A stretch of 64,000 bases of DNA from Deltaproteobacteria bacterium (GCA_030018495.1 JASEFS010000001.1:161285-225284), one strand, 5' to 3'. Numbered from the stretch's first letter, positions 8,398 to 18,596 are shown. The notes: generated by a model not told the origin, from the letters alone. Numbers and translations: made by a program.

Positions 8398-9297
8398 ATG
8401 CTTAACGGCCTTCTTCTTATCGACAAACCTGCAGGCCCTTCCTCCTTTGAGGTGGTGCGGCGGGTGCGACGCGTCTTCAAGGTGCGCAAGGTGGGCCACC
8501 TGGGGACGCTTGACCCTTTTGCCACCGGCCTCCTGCCCCTGGCTCTGGGGGAGGCCACCAAGCTCGCCCCGTATCTGATGGACGCGGCAAAGACATACCT
8601 GGCCAGGGTCAAATTCGGGGAAGAGACAGACACCCTGGACCCCACCGGCACGGTGGTCGCCAGATGCGGGCAGCTTCCTGAACCCGAGGATATCCGGCGG
8701 ACGGCGGCCTGCTTTGTAGGGGAGATCGAGCAGGTGCCCCCCAGGTTTTCCGCGGTGCATTATGAAGGTCAGCGCCTTTATAAGCTGGCCCGGCAGGGGG
8801 TGGCGGTGCAGCCCGAACCCCGCCGGGTAGCGGTGCATAAGCTGGAGGTCAAAGAAATTGCCCTGCCTGAGGCTGTCATAGAAGTAACCTGCGGCAAGGG
8901 CACCTATATCCGGGTCCTGGCCGCGGACCTGGGCAGAGCCTTGGGCTCGTGCGCCCACCTTGCCGCGCTCCGGCGCCTGGCGGTGGGCCGGTTCCGGGTG
9001 GAAGCAGCGCTGCCACTGGCTGAACTGGCCAACCTCGACCGGGAGGAACTCCGGGAGCGGCTGATTCCGCTGGCCGACTGTCTGCCGGAGCTTAATATGG
9101 TGCCTGTGGACAGGGAGGAAGCCTTGCGTTTGAGCCAGGGCCGGGCCGTGACCGCACCGGCCAACGGTCTTCAGAATGGCGAGCAGGTTCGGGTTCTTCT
9201 GAACGGGCATCTGGTGGCGCTGGCTTTAGTGCAACACGCCGGGGGACAAGCGGTTCTGGCTCCCAAGCGGGTATTTCTTGCCATGCCCCAAGCTTGA
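8398..9297 (+). CDS. truB: tRNA pseudouridine(55) synthase TruB
   Basis: GLLLIDKPAGPSSFEVV...KVGHLGTLDPFATGLLPL (catalytic Asp context). Confidence 0.95.
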   Translation: MLNGLLLIDKPAGPSSFEVVRRVRRVFKVRKVGHLGTLDPFATGLLPLALGEATKLAPYLMDAAKTYLARVKFGEETDTLDPTGTVVARCGQLPEPEDIRRTAACFVGEIEQVPPRFSAVHYEGQRLYKLARQGVAVQPEPRRVAVHKLEVKEIALPEAVIEVTCGKGTYIRVLAADLGRALGSCAHLAALRRLAVGRFRVEAALPLAELANLDREELRERLIPLADCLPELNMVPVDREEALRLSQGRAVTAPANGLQNGEQVRVLLNGHLVALALVQHAGGQAVLAPKRVFLAMPQA

Positions 9298-9388
9298 TTA
9301 TGAAAAACATTAGGCAATCACGTGGATGGTCTCCGGCTTGCCGGGAAACAGCCACGGCAAATACTTACCTTTGTTAGAGGAGGACACA

Positions 9389-9658
9389 GTGGCACTCGAC
9401 GCGGCACAAAAACAGGAAATTATCGACCGCTTCCGCCTGCACGAGTCGGATACCGGCTCCACGGAAGTGCAAGTGGCGATCTTGAGCGAGCGGATCAATT
9501 ATCTGACCAATCATTTCAAGACCCATGCCAAAGACCATCATTCCCGGCGGGGCTTGATCAAGCTGGTAGGGCAGAGACGACGTCTTTTAAACTATCTCAA
9601 GAAAAAGGACATCGATCGCTACCGCACCCTGATCGAGCAGCTGGGTCTGAGGAAATAG
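9389..9658 (+). CDS. rpsO: 30S ribosomal protein S15
   Basis: GTG 9389 six nt after AGAGGAGG. 89 aa [55 protein letters not shown]. Confidence 0.95.
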   Translation: MALDAAQKQEIIDRFRLHESDTGSTEVQVAILSERINYLTNHFKTHAKDHHSRRGLIKLVGQRRRLLNYLKKKDIDRYRTLIEQLGLRK

Positions 9659-9675
9659 GAGGAATTAAGACTTAC

Positions 9676-11823
9676 ATGTCAACCAAATATACCATAGAAG
9701 TCGGGGGCCGGGATCTCAGCTTCGAGGTCGGCAAAATGGCCGGCCAGGCCAACGGCGCGGTGCTGGTGCGCTATGGCGAAAGCGCCATTCTGGTAACGGC
9801 CACCATGAGCGACAAGCCCCGGGAGGGCGTCGACTTTTTGCCCCTGACCTGCGACTACCTGGAGATGGCCTATGCTGCCGGCCGTATCCCGGGCGGTTTT
9901 TTTCGGCGGGAGATCGGTCGTCCCAGTGAGAAGGAGACACTCACCTCCCGGTTGATCGACCGCCCTTTGCGGCCCCTCTTTCCCAAAGGGGTCACCCATG
10001 AGATTCAAATTATTGCCACCGTGCTGTCAGGAGACCTGGAAGTCGACTCGGACATCCCGGCCCTGTGCGGCGCCGCGGCGGCCCTGGAAATTTCCGACAT
10101 CCCCTTCAACGGCCCGGTAGCCGCGGTGCGGGTGGCAAAGGTGGACGACGAGCTTATCATCAATCCCACCAACGCGCAAATCAAGGATGGACGCCTCAAC
10201 CTTATCGTGGCCGGCGCCCCCCAGGGTCTGGTGATGGTGGAAGCCGGGGCCAAGATGGCCACGGAGGAGGAAGTTCTGGAGGCTCTGTTCTTTGCCCAGG
10301 AAAGCATCCGGCCCATCTTGGACCTGATCAAAAGGATGGGTGAGGAAATCGGCCGGGCCAAGCTGCCGCTACCGGAACCGCCGGATTACGGCGATTTGCC
10401 CCAGAGGGTGGCGGCTCTGGCGGAAGAGCGCATCCTCCACGCCATGACGCGGCCGGAGAAGCAGGAGCGCCGCCAGGCCATGGATGAGGTGCGCGAGTAC
10501 GTGCTCGCCGGCCTGAGCGAGGAATTCCAGGGCCGGGAAAAAGACATCCTGAATGTTCTGGCGGACGTGCAAAAGAAACTCGTCCGCAGCAAGGTGCTGC
10601 GGGAGAAACGGCGCATCGACGACCGCGGCTTCGCGGACGTGCGGCCCATCTCCTGCGAGATCGATCTGCTTTCCCGAACCCATGGCTCCGCGCTCTTCAC
10701 CCGTGGGGAAACCCAAGCCCTGGCGGTGGCCACGCTGGGAACCCCCTCGGACGAACAGCGCATCGAAAGCCTCTTCGGCGAGACTTTCAAGTCCTTCATG
10801 CTGCACTATAATTTTCCGCCGTATTCCGTGGGTGAAACCCGCTTCTTGAGAGGTCCGGGCCGGCGGGAGATCGGCCACGGGGCGCTGGCGGAGCGGGCTA
10901 TCTCGCCGGTGTTGCCTTCGGCCGAGGACTTTCCGTACACCATCCGGGTGGTGTCGGAGATCCTGTCCAGCAACGGCTCCTCCTCCATGGCCACCGTGTG
11001 CGGCGCGTCCCTGGCGCTTATGGACGCGGGCGTACCCATAAAGGCCCCGGTGGCCGGTGTGGCCATGGGGCTCATCAAAGAAGACGACCAGGTGGCGGTG
11101 CTCTCGGACATTTTGGGAGACGAAGACGCCCTGGGCGACATGGACTTCAAGGTGGCCGGCACGGTGGAGGGCATAACCGCGCTCCAGATGGATATCAAGA
11201 TGCCGGGGCTGACCAGGGAAATTATGTCCCAAGCCCTGAGCCAGGCCCGGGAGGCGAGGCTGTTTATCCTGGACAAGATGAATCAGACCATTGCCGAACC
11301 GGCTCCAGGCCTCAAGGACCACGCCCCCAAGATCGTGATCATCCATATCAATCCCGACAAAATCCGGGACGTCATCGGCCCCGGCGGCAAGATGGTGAAG
11401 CAGATCGTGGCCGCCACCGGGGTGAAGATCGACATCGACGACGACGGCCGGGTGCATATCTCCTCTCCCACCCAGCTTGCTGCGGACGAAGCCATCCGCA
11501 TCATCCGGGAGATCACCGCGGAGCCCGAAGTGGGCGCGGTGTACAAGGGCAAGGTCAAGAAGATCATGGATTTCGGTGCGTTTGTGGAAATTTTGCCGAA
11601 CACCGACGGCCTTATCCACATCTCCGAATTGGCCCACCACCGGGTCAAGGCCGTCACCGACATCCTCAAGGAAGGCGACGAAGTCATGGTAAAGGTTCTG
11701 GACGTGGACAAGCAGGGCAAAATCCGCCTGTCCCGGAAAGCCTTGCTGGAAGCCCCGGAAGCGCCGCAATCCCCCGAACCCGGGAAAAGGCCCCATCGTG
11801 TACCAAAAAAGCATTCTTCCTAA
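9676..11823 (+). CDS. pnp: Polyribonucleotide nucleotidyltransferase (PNPase)
   Basis: ATG 9676 after AGGAGG. Two RNase PH domains, KH (IRDVIGPGGKMVKQI) and S1 (GAVYKGKVKKIMDFGAFVEI). Confidence 0.95.
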   Translation: MSTKYTIEVGGRDLSFEVGKMAGQANGAVLVRYGESAILVTATMSDKPREGVDFLPLTCDYLEMAYAAGRIPGGFFRREIGRPSEKETLTSRLIDRPLRPLFPKGVTHEIQIIATVLSGDLEVDSDIPALCGAAAALEISDIPFNGPVAAVRVAKVDDELIINPTNAQIKDGRLNLIVAGAPQGLVMVEAGAKMATEEEVLEALFFAQESIRPILDLIKRMGEEIGRAKLPLPEPPDYGDLPQRVAALAEERILHAMTRPEKQERRQAMDEVREYVLAGLSEEFQGREKDILNVLADVQKKLVRSKVLREKRRIDDRGFADVRPISCEIDLLSRTHGSALFTRGETQALAVATLGTPSDEQRIESLFGETFKSFMLHYNFPPYSVGETRFLRGPGRREIGHGALAERAISPVLPSAEDFPYTIRVVSEILSSNGSSSMATVCGASLALMDAGVPIKAPVAGVAMGLIKEDDQVAVLSDILGDEDALGDMDFKVAGTVEGITALQMDIKMPGLTREIMSQALSQAREARLFILDKMNQTIAEPAPGLKDHAPKIVIIHINPDKIRDVIGPGGKMVKQIVAATGVKIDIDDDGRVHISSPTQLAADEAIRIIREITAEPEVGAVYKGKVKKIMDFGAFVEILPNTDGLIHISELAHHRVKAVTDILKEGDEVMVKVLDVDKQGKIRLSRKALLEAPEAPQSPEPGKRPHRVPKKHSS

Positions 11824-13045
11824 CGGAGTGCGCATCGTCACCGAGGAACTGCCCCACTTCCATTCTGCGGCGGTGGGGTTTTGGCTGACGGTGGGCTCCC
11901 GCGACGAGCAGGAGTCGGAACAGGGGCTTTCCCATTTTCTGGAGCATATGGCCTTCAAAGGCACCCCCCGGCGCGATGCCCTGGCCATCGCCCGGGAAGC
12001 CGATCAACTGGGGGGAGCCATGAACGCCTTCACCACCAAGGAGAACACCTGCTTCCATGCCCGGGTGCTGGCCGAACACCTGCCCCGCATCGTTGATCTG
12101 TTGGGCGACCTGGTGCTTAACCCGATTTACCGGGAGGAAGACCTGGAAAGGGAACGGCAGGTGATTTTGGAGGAAATTCTCGCGCAGGAGGACAACCCTG
12201 AGGACCTTCTCCAAGTGCAGTTCGCCCGCCATTTTTGGCAGAACCAGGCTTTCGGGCGCTCCATTTTGGGGGAAGTGGAGGATATTTCCCGGTTTCAGCG
12301 CCAGGACCTGGTGGCCTTCCGCCAAGCCGCCTACCGTCCGGAACAGATGGTAGTGGCCGCGGCGGGCCGCATCACCCATGAGGAGTTGATGGACCTGGTG
12401 GGACCGGTCCTGGAGGGCTTCACCAACGGCGTCCCGGCGCGGCCCCGGAGCCCGGTGGAGGTACACCCCGGGGAATATCGCTTTGTCCGGGATCTGGAAC
12501 AGGTGCACGTCTGCCTCGGCACCCGGGGGCCGGCTGCGGACGATGTGCGACGCTTCGGGGCCACGGTGCTCAATATCGTCCTGGGCGGCAACATGAGCTC
12601 CCGTCTTTTTCAGGAGATTCGCGAACATCTCGGCCTGGCCTACAATATTTACTCCTTCCTGGGCTTTTTCAGCGATTCCGGCGTGCTGGAGATTTGCGCC
12701 GGCGCGAGCCCCAAACACCTGCCGGCCCTGCTGGCCGCGGTGGGCCGGGAACTGAAAAAGCTAAGAGGCGAAGCCGTGCCGGAGGCGGAGTTGCAGGCGG
12801 CCAAAGATTATCTCAAGGGCTCCATCTACCTGCACGCCGAGGATGTGGACCAGCGCATGCTGAGGCTGGCCAAAAACGAAATCAACTTCGGCCGCTACAT
12901 TCCCCTGGAAGAGGTGGTAAACGGCCTGCTCAAGGTAACCCCCGAAGAGGTCCAGGCTCTGGCCCAAGATTTTTTTGCCCCGGAGAAGTGGGGCGTGGCC
13001 CTGCTGGGGCCGGTGGAGGGTCTGGAGGCCCGGATGGAAGTTTAA
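11798..13045 (+). CDS. M16 (pitrilysin/insulinase) family zinc peptidase
   Basis: HFLEHMAFKGT (HxxEH) motif. Overlaps the pnp 3' end by 26 nt. Confidence 0.85.
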   Translation: MYQKSILPNGVRIVTEELPHFHSAAVGFWLTVGSRDEQESEQGLSHFLEHMAFKGTPRRDALAIAREADQLGGAMNAFTTKENTCFHARVLAEHLPRIVDLLGDLVLNPIYREEDLERERQVILEEILAQEDNPEDLLQVQFARHFWQNQAFGRSILGEVEDISRFQRQDLVAFRQAAYRPEQMVVAAAGRITHEELMDLVGPVLEGFTNGVPARPRSPVEVHPGEYRFVRDLEQVHVCLGTRGPAADDVRRFGATVLNIVLGGNMSSRLFQEIREHLGLAYNIYSFLGFFSDSGVLEICAGASPKHLPALLAAVGRELKKLRGEAVPEAELQAAKDYLKGSIYLHAEDVDQRMLRLAKNEINFGRYIPLEEVVNGLLKVTPEEVQALAQDFFAPEKWGVALLGPVEGLEARMEV

Positions 13046-13085
13046 CATCGGTCGGCTCATCACCAAATTACCGGATTTTTTTTAC

Positions 13086-13110
13086 GGCGCCTTAGGGCGC
13101 TTTTTTTTTT
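13086..13110 (+). terminator. Rho-independent terminator
   Basis: gcgcc-ttag-ggcgc followed by T10. Confidence 0.65.
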
Positions 13111-13215
13111 GTGAGTTGGCCAGCCGTTTTACCCCGCTCGCTTCCTGAACCGTCCGCCCAGGCATTGTCTCCGGTCAAACGCGTCTTATGTTATCTAGAA
13201 AAACAGGAGGTACTT

Positions 13216-13605
13216 ATGAAAAGGCTGCTGATCTTCATCTTAATTATGGCTTTGACTGCCTTTGCAGGAACAGGGCTCGCCCAAACCAAGCAAGGTGCTG
13301 CGGAGCATCATCCGCCTGCGGCCCAGGCTGAGAAGGCCCCCATGATGGGCCCCGCTATGATGCAGGAGATGCAGCAGATGATGGGGCAGATGCAGGAGAT
13401 GCTCAAAAAAGAGCAATTAAGCAAGGAGGACCGGCAAAAGATGCAGGACATGATGAGTCAAATGCAGACCCGGATGAACAAGATGCACGAAATGATGTCC
13501 CAATGCCCCATGATGCAGATGATGCAGCAGCAGGAAGAAATTAAAAAATTGCAGGAACGCCTGGAGAAATTGGAAAAACCGGCCGGGAAGAAAACCCAAT
13601 CATAA
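13216..13605 (+). CDS. Secreted Met/Gln-rich protein, possibly Spy/CpxP/ZraP-like
   Basis: ATG 13216 after AGGAGG. Signal peptide MKRLLIFILIMALTAFAGTGLA. Mature part has about 20 Met in MMxxM/QMQ runs and an LSKEDRQKMQDMM segment resembling LTxxQ motifs. Confidence 0.7.
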   Translation: MKRLLIFILIMALTAFAGTGLAQTKQGAAEHHPPAAQAEKAPMMGPAMMQEMQQMMGQMQEMLKKEQLSKEDRQKMQDMMSQMQTRMNKMHEMMSQCPMMQMMQQQEEIKKLQERLEKLEKPAGKKTQS

Positions 13606-13658
13606 CAGAATCAGAAACATCGGGTGCGAACTGTTTTCAATAACTGCAGAAAAACGAA

Positions 13659-13692
13659 AAGGCCGGGGTCTTGTCGACCCCGGCCTTTTTTA
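13659..13692. terminator. Bidirectional rho-independent terminator
   Basis: aaaaggccggggtc-ttgtc-gaccccggcctttttt. A-run on one side and T-run on the other, between convergent genes. Confidence 0.8.
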
Positions 13693-13732
13693 TCATGTCA
13701 ACCTTGCGGCGCAAGCCACCGCCCATTAATCC

Positions 13733-13957
13733 TTAAAAATCCTCATCGTCCATGATGCCTTTGTTGATGAACTTATAGAGGCTGCCGATCCATTCCAGTT
13801 CGTTTTCCAACTCCGAGTTGGCGAAGATCCATTCGCCCTCCCTGTCCTTGGCGATGATGACGATCTCTTCGATGTCGTCCAGGTCCTGGCAGAATTTCTC
13901 CACTACCTCCTGGACGGAGCGTTGGGCCTTCTCAAAAGGGATGATGTTTTTTCTCAT
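13733..13957 (-). CDS. Hypothetical small acidic protein (74 aa)
   Basis: ORF only; no family recognised and no obvious SD. Confidence 0.45.
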   Translation of the reverse strand: MRKNIIPFEKAQRSVQEVVEKFCQDLDDIEEIVIIAKDREGEWIFANSELENELEWIGSLYKFINKGIMDDEDF

Positions 13958-14138
13958 GGTGATTGCGGGGCATCCGGTCGGGAAAAAGGCTGGCCCAGGT
14001 GCTCAGGCGGGGCGTCCGTGCCACCGGGCTTTTTCCCCCGGCTCTGGCCTGGGGGCCTCGATGCGGCCTCATTAGACGCGGCCGGCGTCCAGGTTCGCGC
14101 TGGGGGCGCCGCCTATCTCATGACCCCCCGGCTTTATT

Positions 14139-15008
14139 TCAGCCCTTGTCCGGGCCGGACAGTTCCCCGTCACCCTCCTGCTTTGAATAGATTTCCTGCC
14201 TTTGATTTTTTAATGTACGCGCCAAAAAAGCAATGATAATTTCATTGACCGCGTCGGGGGCCTCCTCCTGAGGGGCGTGGCCCACCTGCGGCAAGACGTA
14301 CAGGTCAGCCTGAGGCAGGTGCCGCTTCAGGAAGTCCGCTTGGCGCACCGGCAATATCCGGTCTTCCTTGCCCCAAATAATTGTGACAGGCTGCTTGATC
14401 TCCTCGAGGAGTAATTCCACCTTGGACAGAGGCCAAAGTTCGAGCTGGCGGGCCAACCGGCGCAAAGCCAGGCGCCTGGCCATGGTCTCGAAGGTGGGGG
14501 CATAGCCGGCCACTACTTCCGGGGTGACGAGTTCCCGGCGGTGGTACATCAGCCTCAGGGCCAGGGGAAGCATCCATGGGCCCAGCAGCGCCGCGGCCAA
14601 CAGCCCGAGGCCCGGCAGGCGCAAGGGGCGGAAAATCAGGGGTACCCGCGTCAGGGCCGCGGCCGGAGCCAGAAGGATGAGCGCGGCGACGCGCTCGGGA
14701 TGATGGCGGGCCAGGAGCAATGCCAGGCTTCCTCCCAGGGAATTGCCGGCCACTGCGGCCTGGTCCACGTCGCGGCTGTCCATGAACGCCAGAACGCCAT
14801 CGGCCAGGGCTTCCAGCCGGTAGTCGGCCCCTGGAGTAAGGCCGGTGCGGCCATGGGGGGGCAAGTCCGGGGCCAGCACCCTGTAGTGCGCGGACAAAGG
14901 TTCAAGGTTGGCGCGCCAGGAAAAGCTGCAAGCCCCCAGACCGTGAAGCAGCAGCAGCGGCCGCCCCTGGCCGCGCTCCAGGAAAAACCATTCCGGCGTT
15001 TTAAACAT
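14139..15008 (-). CDS. Alpha/beta hydrolase fold protein
   Basis: LLLLHGLGACSFSW (oxyanion region), GNSLGG nucleophile elbow, C-terminal GHAPQEE. Confidence 0.8.
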   Translation of the reverse strand: MFKTPEWFFLERGQGRPLLLLHGLGACSFSWRANLEPLSAHYRVLAPDLPPHGRTGLTPGADYRLEALADGVLAFMDSRDVDQAAVAGNSLGGSLALLLARHHPERVAALILLAPAAALTRVPLIFRPLRLPGLGLLAAALLGPWMLPLALRLMYHRRELVTPEVVAGYAPTFETMARRLALRRLARQLELWPLSKVELLLEEIKQPVTIIWGKEDRILPVRQADFLKRHLPQADLYVLPQVGHAPQEEAPDAVNEIIIAFLARTLKNQRQEIYSKQEGDGELSGPDKG

Positions 15009-15137
15009 AGCGATTACAGTTTAAGGATAGCTGGGACATGATGCCGGGTGCTTTTCAAAAAACTGAGACCGTCGATGCGGCGGCCGTCCCTGGCCGGGCA
15101 TGCAGGCCCGCAACCGGCGACCCCCCAAGTCCTTATT

Positions 15138-16904
15138 TCAAACATTTTTCCCGGGGGATGCTTCCGGAGCGGCTGGGGATTTGGCGGGAAGCGGGGGAAA
15201 CCCCGGCGTGAGCACGGGGAAGGGCCGGCCCTTCTTGACTTCTTCCTGCAACTCCCGATGCTGCTCCTTCAAATCATTAACCAGGCGCTGGGCCAGGATC
15301 ATCTTCTGCCATACCCGCCGCCGGTAGGGCAGGGAGGGTGGGGCGGGCAGGGACCGGAGCCGGCGGAAATAGGGATAATCCATGAGCTGGTCCCAGAGAC
15401 TCAAAAATTTGTCAAACAGGTCAGGATAAAAATAGGGCAGTTCATCATGCTTCTCCTCAAGAAAAGCCAGGGCCCGGGAAATACGTGGCAGCGGCCCCAG
15501 GCGCCGTTTGTCCGCCAGCTTCTGATTCAGTTTTTCCAAAGTTTGCAATTGGTGCGCCTGATTGAGAATCACCATCTGCTGCAAAGCTTCCCGATGCAAC
15601 TCCGGGTGCCTGATAAAGGCATCCTTGTACTCCCGGTTGAGGAGATAACTGTTCAAGACCTTCTTGGCGGCCTCGAAAGACTCGTCGCTGTAAGTGGCCA
15701 GGCGGCGGTGGTTTTTAGCCAGCCAGGCGATAAGGAATTTAAGGCGGTCTTCATGAGTTTTGGTGGAAGTGAGAAGGTCCTGGCGTTTGTAGGAAATGGA
15801 GCCGATATACTCCCCTCTGACGATGTCGGTCAGGTCTTTCAGGAAGCGCTTGGTATCCTTGAGGATGTTGAGGCCTGCCTCACGGCCGCCGTGGTAGGGA
15901 TGGATGATTTCCTGCTCCACCACGGAGAGAGCCCGGTCTTCCAGGACGTTTAACGGATTGTACTTGTGCTGCAGGTAGGTGACCTTCAGAATGACCACCG
16001 CCTGGTCCGGGTCCACATAAAAACCCTGATCTTTCAAGTGAGGATTGGCTTCCGCGATCGAGGCCGGCAGGGAGATCAGCGCGACTTTTTCCACCAGCGG
16101 ATATTTCTTCTGTTCGTAACCGCAGAGGCTGGTGATAGTGCGGTCGGAAGAGCCCAGGACCTTGATTAGGTATTGTTCCTTTTGGCGGCTCAAGCGGCGG
16201 GCGAACAGGGCGGCGGAGGTGCGGCGTTCGGAAGCGATGGGAAAGCCGTACAGCTCCATAAAAAATTGGTAGACAAAATCCCGTTCCTGCTCATAAATCT
16301 CGTTGTCCTGCTTTTTGAACTTGCCGAGATTATTGCCGAAATTTTTCAGTTCAGTGTCCAGGTCAGAGGGGAAGGAGGCATAGACGCCCAGGAGGCGGAA
16401 GCCGCCCTCCTCGTCCTTGGCGATGACCTGAGCGCGGTCCATGTGGAGCAAAAACTCCAGGAGTTCTTCATAATAGGCCAGGTCGGTGACATCCCGCTGG
16501 CCGAAACGCTGCCGGAAGTCCGGGCGCAACTCCCGGTCCAGGTGAGGGAGGATTTTGTCCAGATTGCCCCTGGCCTTTTTCTTGCCTTCGGCAAAGGAAT
16601 GGAGCAAGTCGAACTGGAATATCTCTTGCTGGTAGGAAAGCCTCCGGTTGAGGGCCACCAGGCTGAAGCCCGGCAGCTCCGGATATTCGGCGAAATTCTT
16701 CTCAAAGGAGGGCAGAAGCTCCCGGGCTTCCACCAGGGGATAGCGGGAGCTATACGGAGCCAGAAGGCCTTTCTTGATGTGGATGTATTCCAGATAATCC
16801 TTTAAGATCCAGCGGTCGCGGATGGGAAGGTCACCCTGCTGGTAAGAGGCGAGCGGGTGGTTGTCAATGACTACTTCCGAAAAGAATTCACGCGCTTTCC
16901 CCAT
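15138..16904 (-). CDS. Hypothetical protein, 588 aa, no recognisable domain
   Basis: Long ORF with coding-like composition. Its ATG shares one base with the yjbQ stop (TAATG). Confidence 0.75.
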   Translation of the reverse strand: MGKAREFFSEVVIDNHPLASYQQGDLPIRDRWILKDYLEYIHIKKGLLAPYSSRYPLVEARELLPSFEKNFAEYPELPGFSLVALNRRLSYQQEIFQFDLLHSFAEGKKKARGNLDKILPHLDRELRPDFRQRFGQRDVTDLAYYEELLEFLLHMDRAQVIAKDEEGGFRLLGVYASFPSDLDTELKNFGNNLGKFKKQDNEIYEQERDFVYQFFMELYGFPIASERRTSAALFARRLSRQKEQYLIKVLGSSDRTITSLCGYEQKKYPLVEKVALISLPASIAEANPHLKDQGFYVDPDQAVVILKVTYLQHKYNPLNVLEDRALSVVEQEIIHPYHGGREAGLNILKDTKRFLKDLTDIVRGEYIGSISYKRQDLLTSTKTHEDRLKFLIAWLAKNHRRLATYSDESFEAAKKVLNSYLLNREYKDAFIRHPELHREALQQMVILNQAHQLQTLEKLNQKLADKRRLGPLPRISRALAFLEEKHDELPYFYPDLFDKFLSLWDQLMDYPYFRRLRSLPAPPSLPYRRRVWQKMILAQRLVNDLKEQHRELQEEVKKGRPFPVLTPGFPPLPAKSPAAPEASPGKNV

Positions 16905-17302
16905 TATCCCGAAATGACCTTGAGGTGGACGCGACGGGAGCGGGGCCCGTCGAATTCACAGAAAAAGATGCCCTGCCAGGTGCCCAGGAGCAGGCGTCCG
17001 CCGCTCACCAGCACAGTGAGCTGGGGGCCGACGAGGGAGGCCTTGATGTGGGCCGGCGAATTGCCCTCGGCATGGCGGTAAGGTTCGTTGTCGCTGATGA
17101 TTTTGTTCAACACCATGAGAATGTCGGCCTTGACGCTGGGATCGGCATTTTCATTAATGGTAACGGCCGCGGTGGTGTGGGGCACGAAAATATGGCAAAG
17201 GCCTTCACTCACGCCGCTTTCTCTCACGACGTCCTGCACGCGGGAGGTCAGGTCGATGAACTCGGTTTTGCCGCCCGTGCGCACATCCAGGGTGCGAAGC
17301 AT
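16904..17302 (-). CDS. YjbQ/UPF0047 family protein (secondary thiamine-phosphate synthase-like)
   Basis: FIDLTSRVQDVV...GLCHIFVPHTTAAVTINENADPSV...NSPAHIKASLVG...LLLGTWQGIFFCEFDGPR. Confidence 0.85.
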   Translation of the reverse strand: MLRTLDVRTGGKTEFIDLTSRVQDVVRESGVSEGLCHIFVPHTTAAVTINENADPSVKADILMVLNKIISDNEPYRHAEGNSPAHIKASLVGPQLTVLVSGGRLLLGTWQGIFFCEFDGPRSRRVHLKVISG

Positions 17303-17360
17303 GGCAACCTCTATGGTTGATGGTCAGGAGCCGGTTATTGGCCCGGTCTGCCGAAATCCT

Positions 17361-18596
17361 CTAACGGATCAGCGGTTCGCCGGTCAGGGTTACCAGACCG
17401 GAGGGGGCTTTGGCTTCGGTCTGCTTGAGGTACTCCAGCCCCAACTGTACGGCATAAGTCACCAAACCCAGCAGAAAAGGATTTTCACCCCGCAAAGGGC
17501 TGGCGGCCTCGCCGGCAAGGTCATCGGCGGCTGCCCGGGCGGCGCGAGCCTCCTCGGCCAGGCCTTTTAGGTCAAGAAAATAGGCCATTTCCAGGAGGCG
17601 GCGGCTCCAGCGGGGCCGGGACTCCGGCGGGTATAGGGCCAGGGCGGCCTCGGACAGAATCTGTTCATAACGGGCCTGCTGCTGGTGTTCGGCCAACACC
17701 AGGGGACTTTCCTGGGCCTCCTGGACTTTTTTCACCCAGACCCCCACCTCCTCCATGGAAGGGAGCCAGGATTGAAAGATCTCGGTTCTGGCCAGTTGCT
17801 TGGACCGTTCCAGGTAGAGACGGCGCTCCGTGTCTCCCAGGGCCGGCAGGCGGTCTTCCTGTTTTTCGGGTGATTCGGGGAGGCCCCAGTGCTGCCAGAT
17901 CAAGGAGCGCAATGGGGAGTAGCGCAAGGCCGCCTCGTTGGCGAAGTCCAGATTGAAAGCGTCTTCCAGGAGGCGAACCGCATATGCCGGAGGCACTTCC
18001 GCAAAGTCCCCCAAACCCTGCTCCCGCAAATGGTCCCACAATTCTTCCCGCTGCTTGCGGGTCACGGACAGCAGGTGGCATTCCCTGAAGCCGTGGACGT
18101 CACTCAGCCGGGCCAGCAGAACGTTGCCGCGTCCCAAAAATTCTTTCGGCCCTTCCAGGACGACGTAGCGTTCGCCGTCGCCGAAAATCTGAGAAACGTA
18201 GGCCAGCGCGGCAGGGGAGGGGGCCAGCAGCCGGGGCCGGGCTTCCTCACGGGGCAGGATATCTTCCGGCACCGCGACGCCCCTGGTCTTCAGGACATGC
18301 AGGGCGCGTTTCAGGGCCTTGTTAATCTCCTTGTCCGGAGATTTCCCGAAAAATGCGGCCAGCAGGGGCGCCACCGCTTTGTCTCTGATTTGGGCCAGGG
18401 CGTTGATGAGGTGGAGATTCCAGAGAAGGTCGTCGGCTTCCGGGGTGATTCTTGCCTTTATATCTTCCAGGTCTTCGCCCGCGGCCAGGGCTTCCCGCAC
18501 CCCGGCTAACTGCTCCTGAAGCCGGGCCGCGGCGTCCGGGGCCAGGGGCTTGAGGGGCGGCGTCCCCTTTTTGGTTTTTTTCCGATGTTCCGCCAT
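17361..18596 (-). CDS. Hypothetical protein, about 412 aa
   Basis: ATG 18596 (MAEHRKKTKKG...) lies 4 nt after the pyrR stop. No family recognised. Confidence 0.7.
   Translation of the reverse strand: MAEHRKKTKKGTPPLKPLAPDAAARLQEQLAGVREALAAGEDLEDIKARITPEADDLLWNLHLINALAQIRDKAVAPLLAAFFGKSPDKEINKALKRALHVLKTRGVAVPEDILPREEARPRLLAPSPAALAYVSQIFGDGERYVVLEGPKEFLGRGNVLLARLSDVHGFRECHLLSVTRKQREELWDHLREQGLGDFAEVPPAYAVRLLEDAFNLDFANEAALRYSPLRSLIWQHWGLPESPEKQEDRLPALGDTERRLYLERSKQLARTEIFQSWLPSMEEVGVWVKKVQEAQESPLVLAEHQQQARYEQILSEAALALYPPESRPRWSRRLLEMAYFLDLKGLAEEARAARAAADDLAGEAASPLRGENPFLLGLVTYAVQLGLEYLKQTEAKAPSGLVTLTGEPLIR

Noticed and set aside
8008-9210. 400-aa minus-strand ORF. Similar long antisense ORFs include 10369-11988(-), 29600-31159(-), 23783-24898(-), 31624-32880(-), 15048-15953(+), 40912-41937(+), 42767-43729(+), 47466-48317(+), 49623-50636(+) and 5781-6800(-).
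   Set aside because: Each lies opposite a gene with clear family motifs (truB, pnp, leuA, ilvB, leuC and others). The translations are Arg/Gly/Pro/His-rich low-complexity sequence typical of shadow frames in GC-rich DNA.
9322-9675. 118-codon N-terminal extension of the pnp ORF in the track, overlapping rpsO in another frame.
   Set aside because: PNPase homology starts at MSTKYTIEVGG (ATG 9676 with AGGAGG upstream). The extension overlaps the well-supported rpsO gene.
13958-14138. Possible UGA-recoded N-terminal extension of the 74-aa ORF at 13733-13957.
   Set aside because: Upstream in-frame codons beyond the TGA at 14003-14005 give Pro/Gly/Arg-rich sequence with no coding character and no hairpin at SECIS distance.
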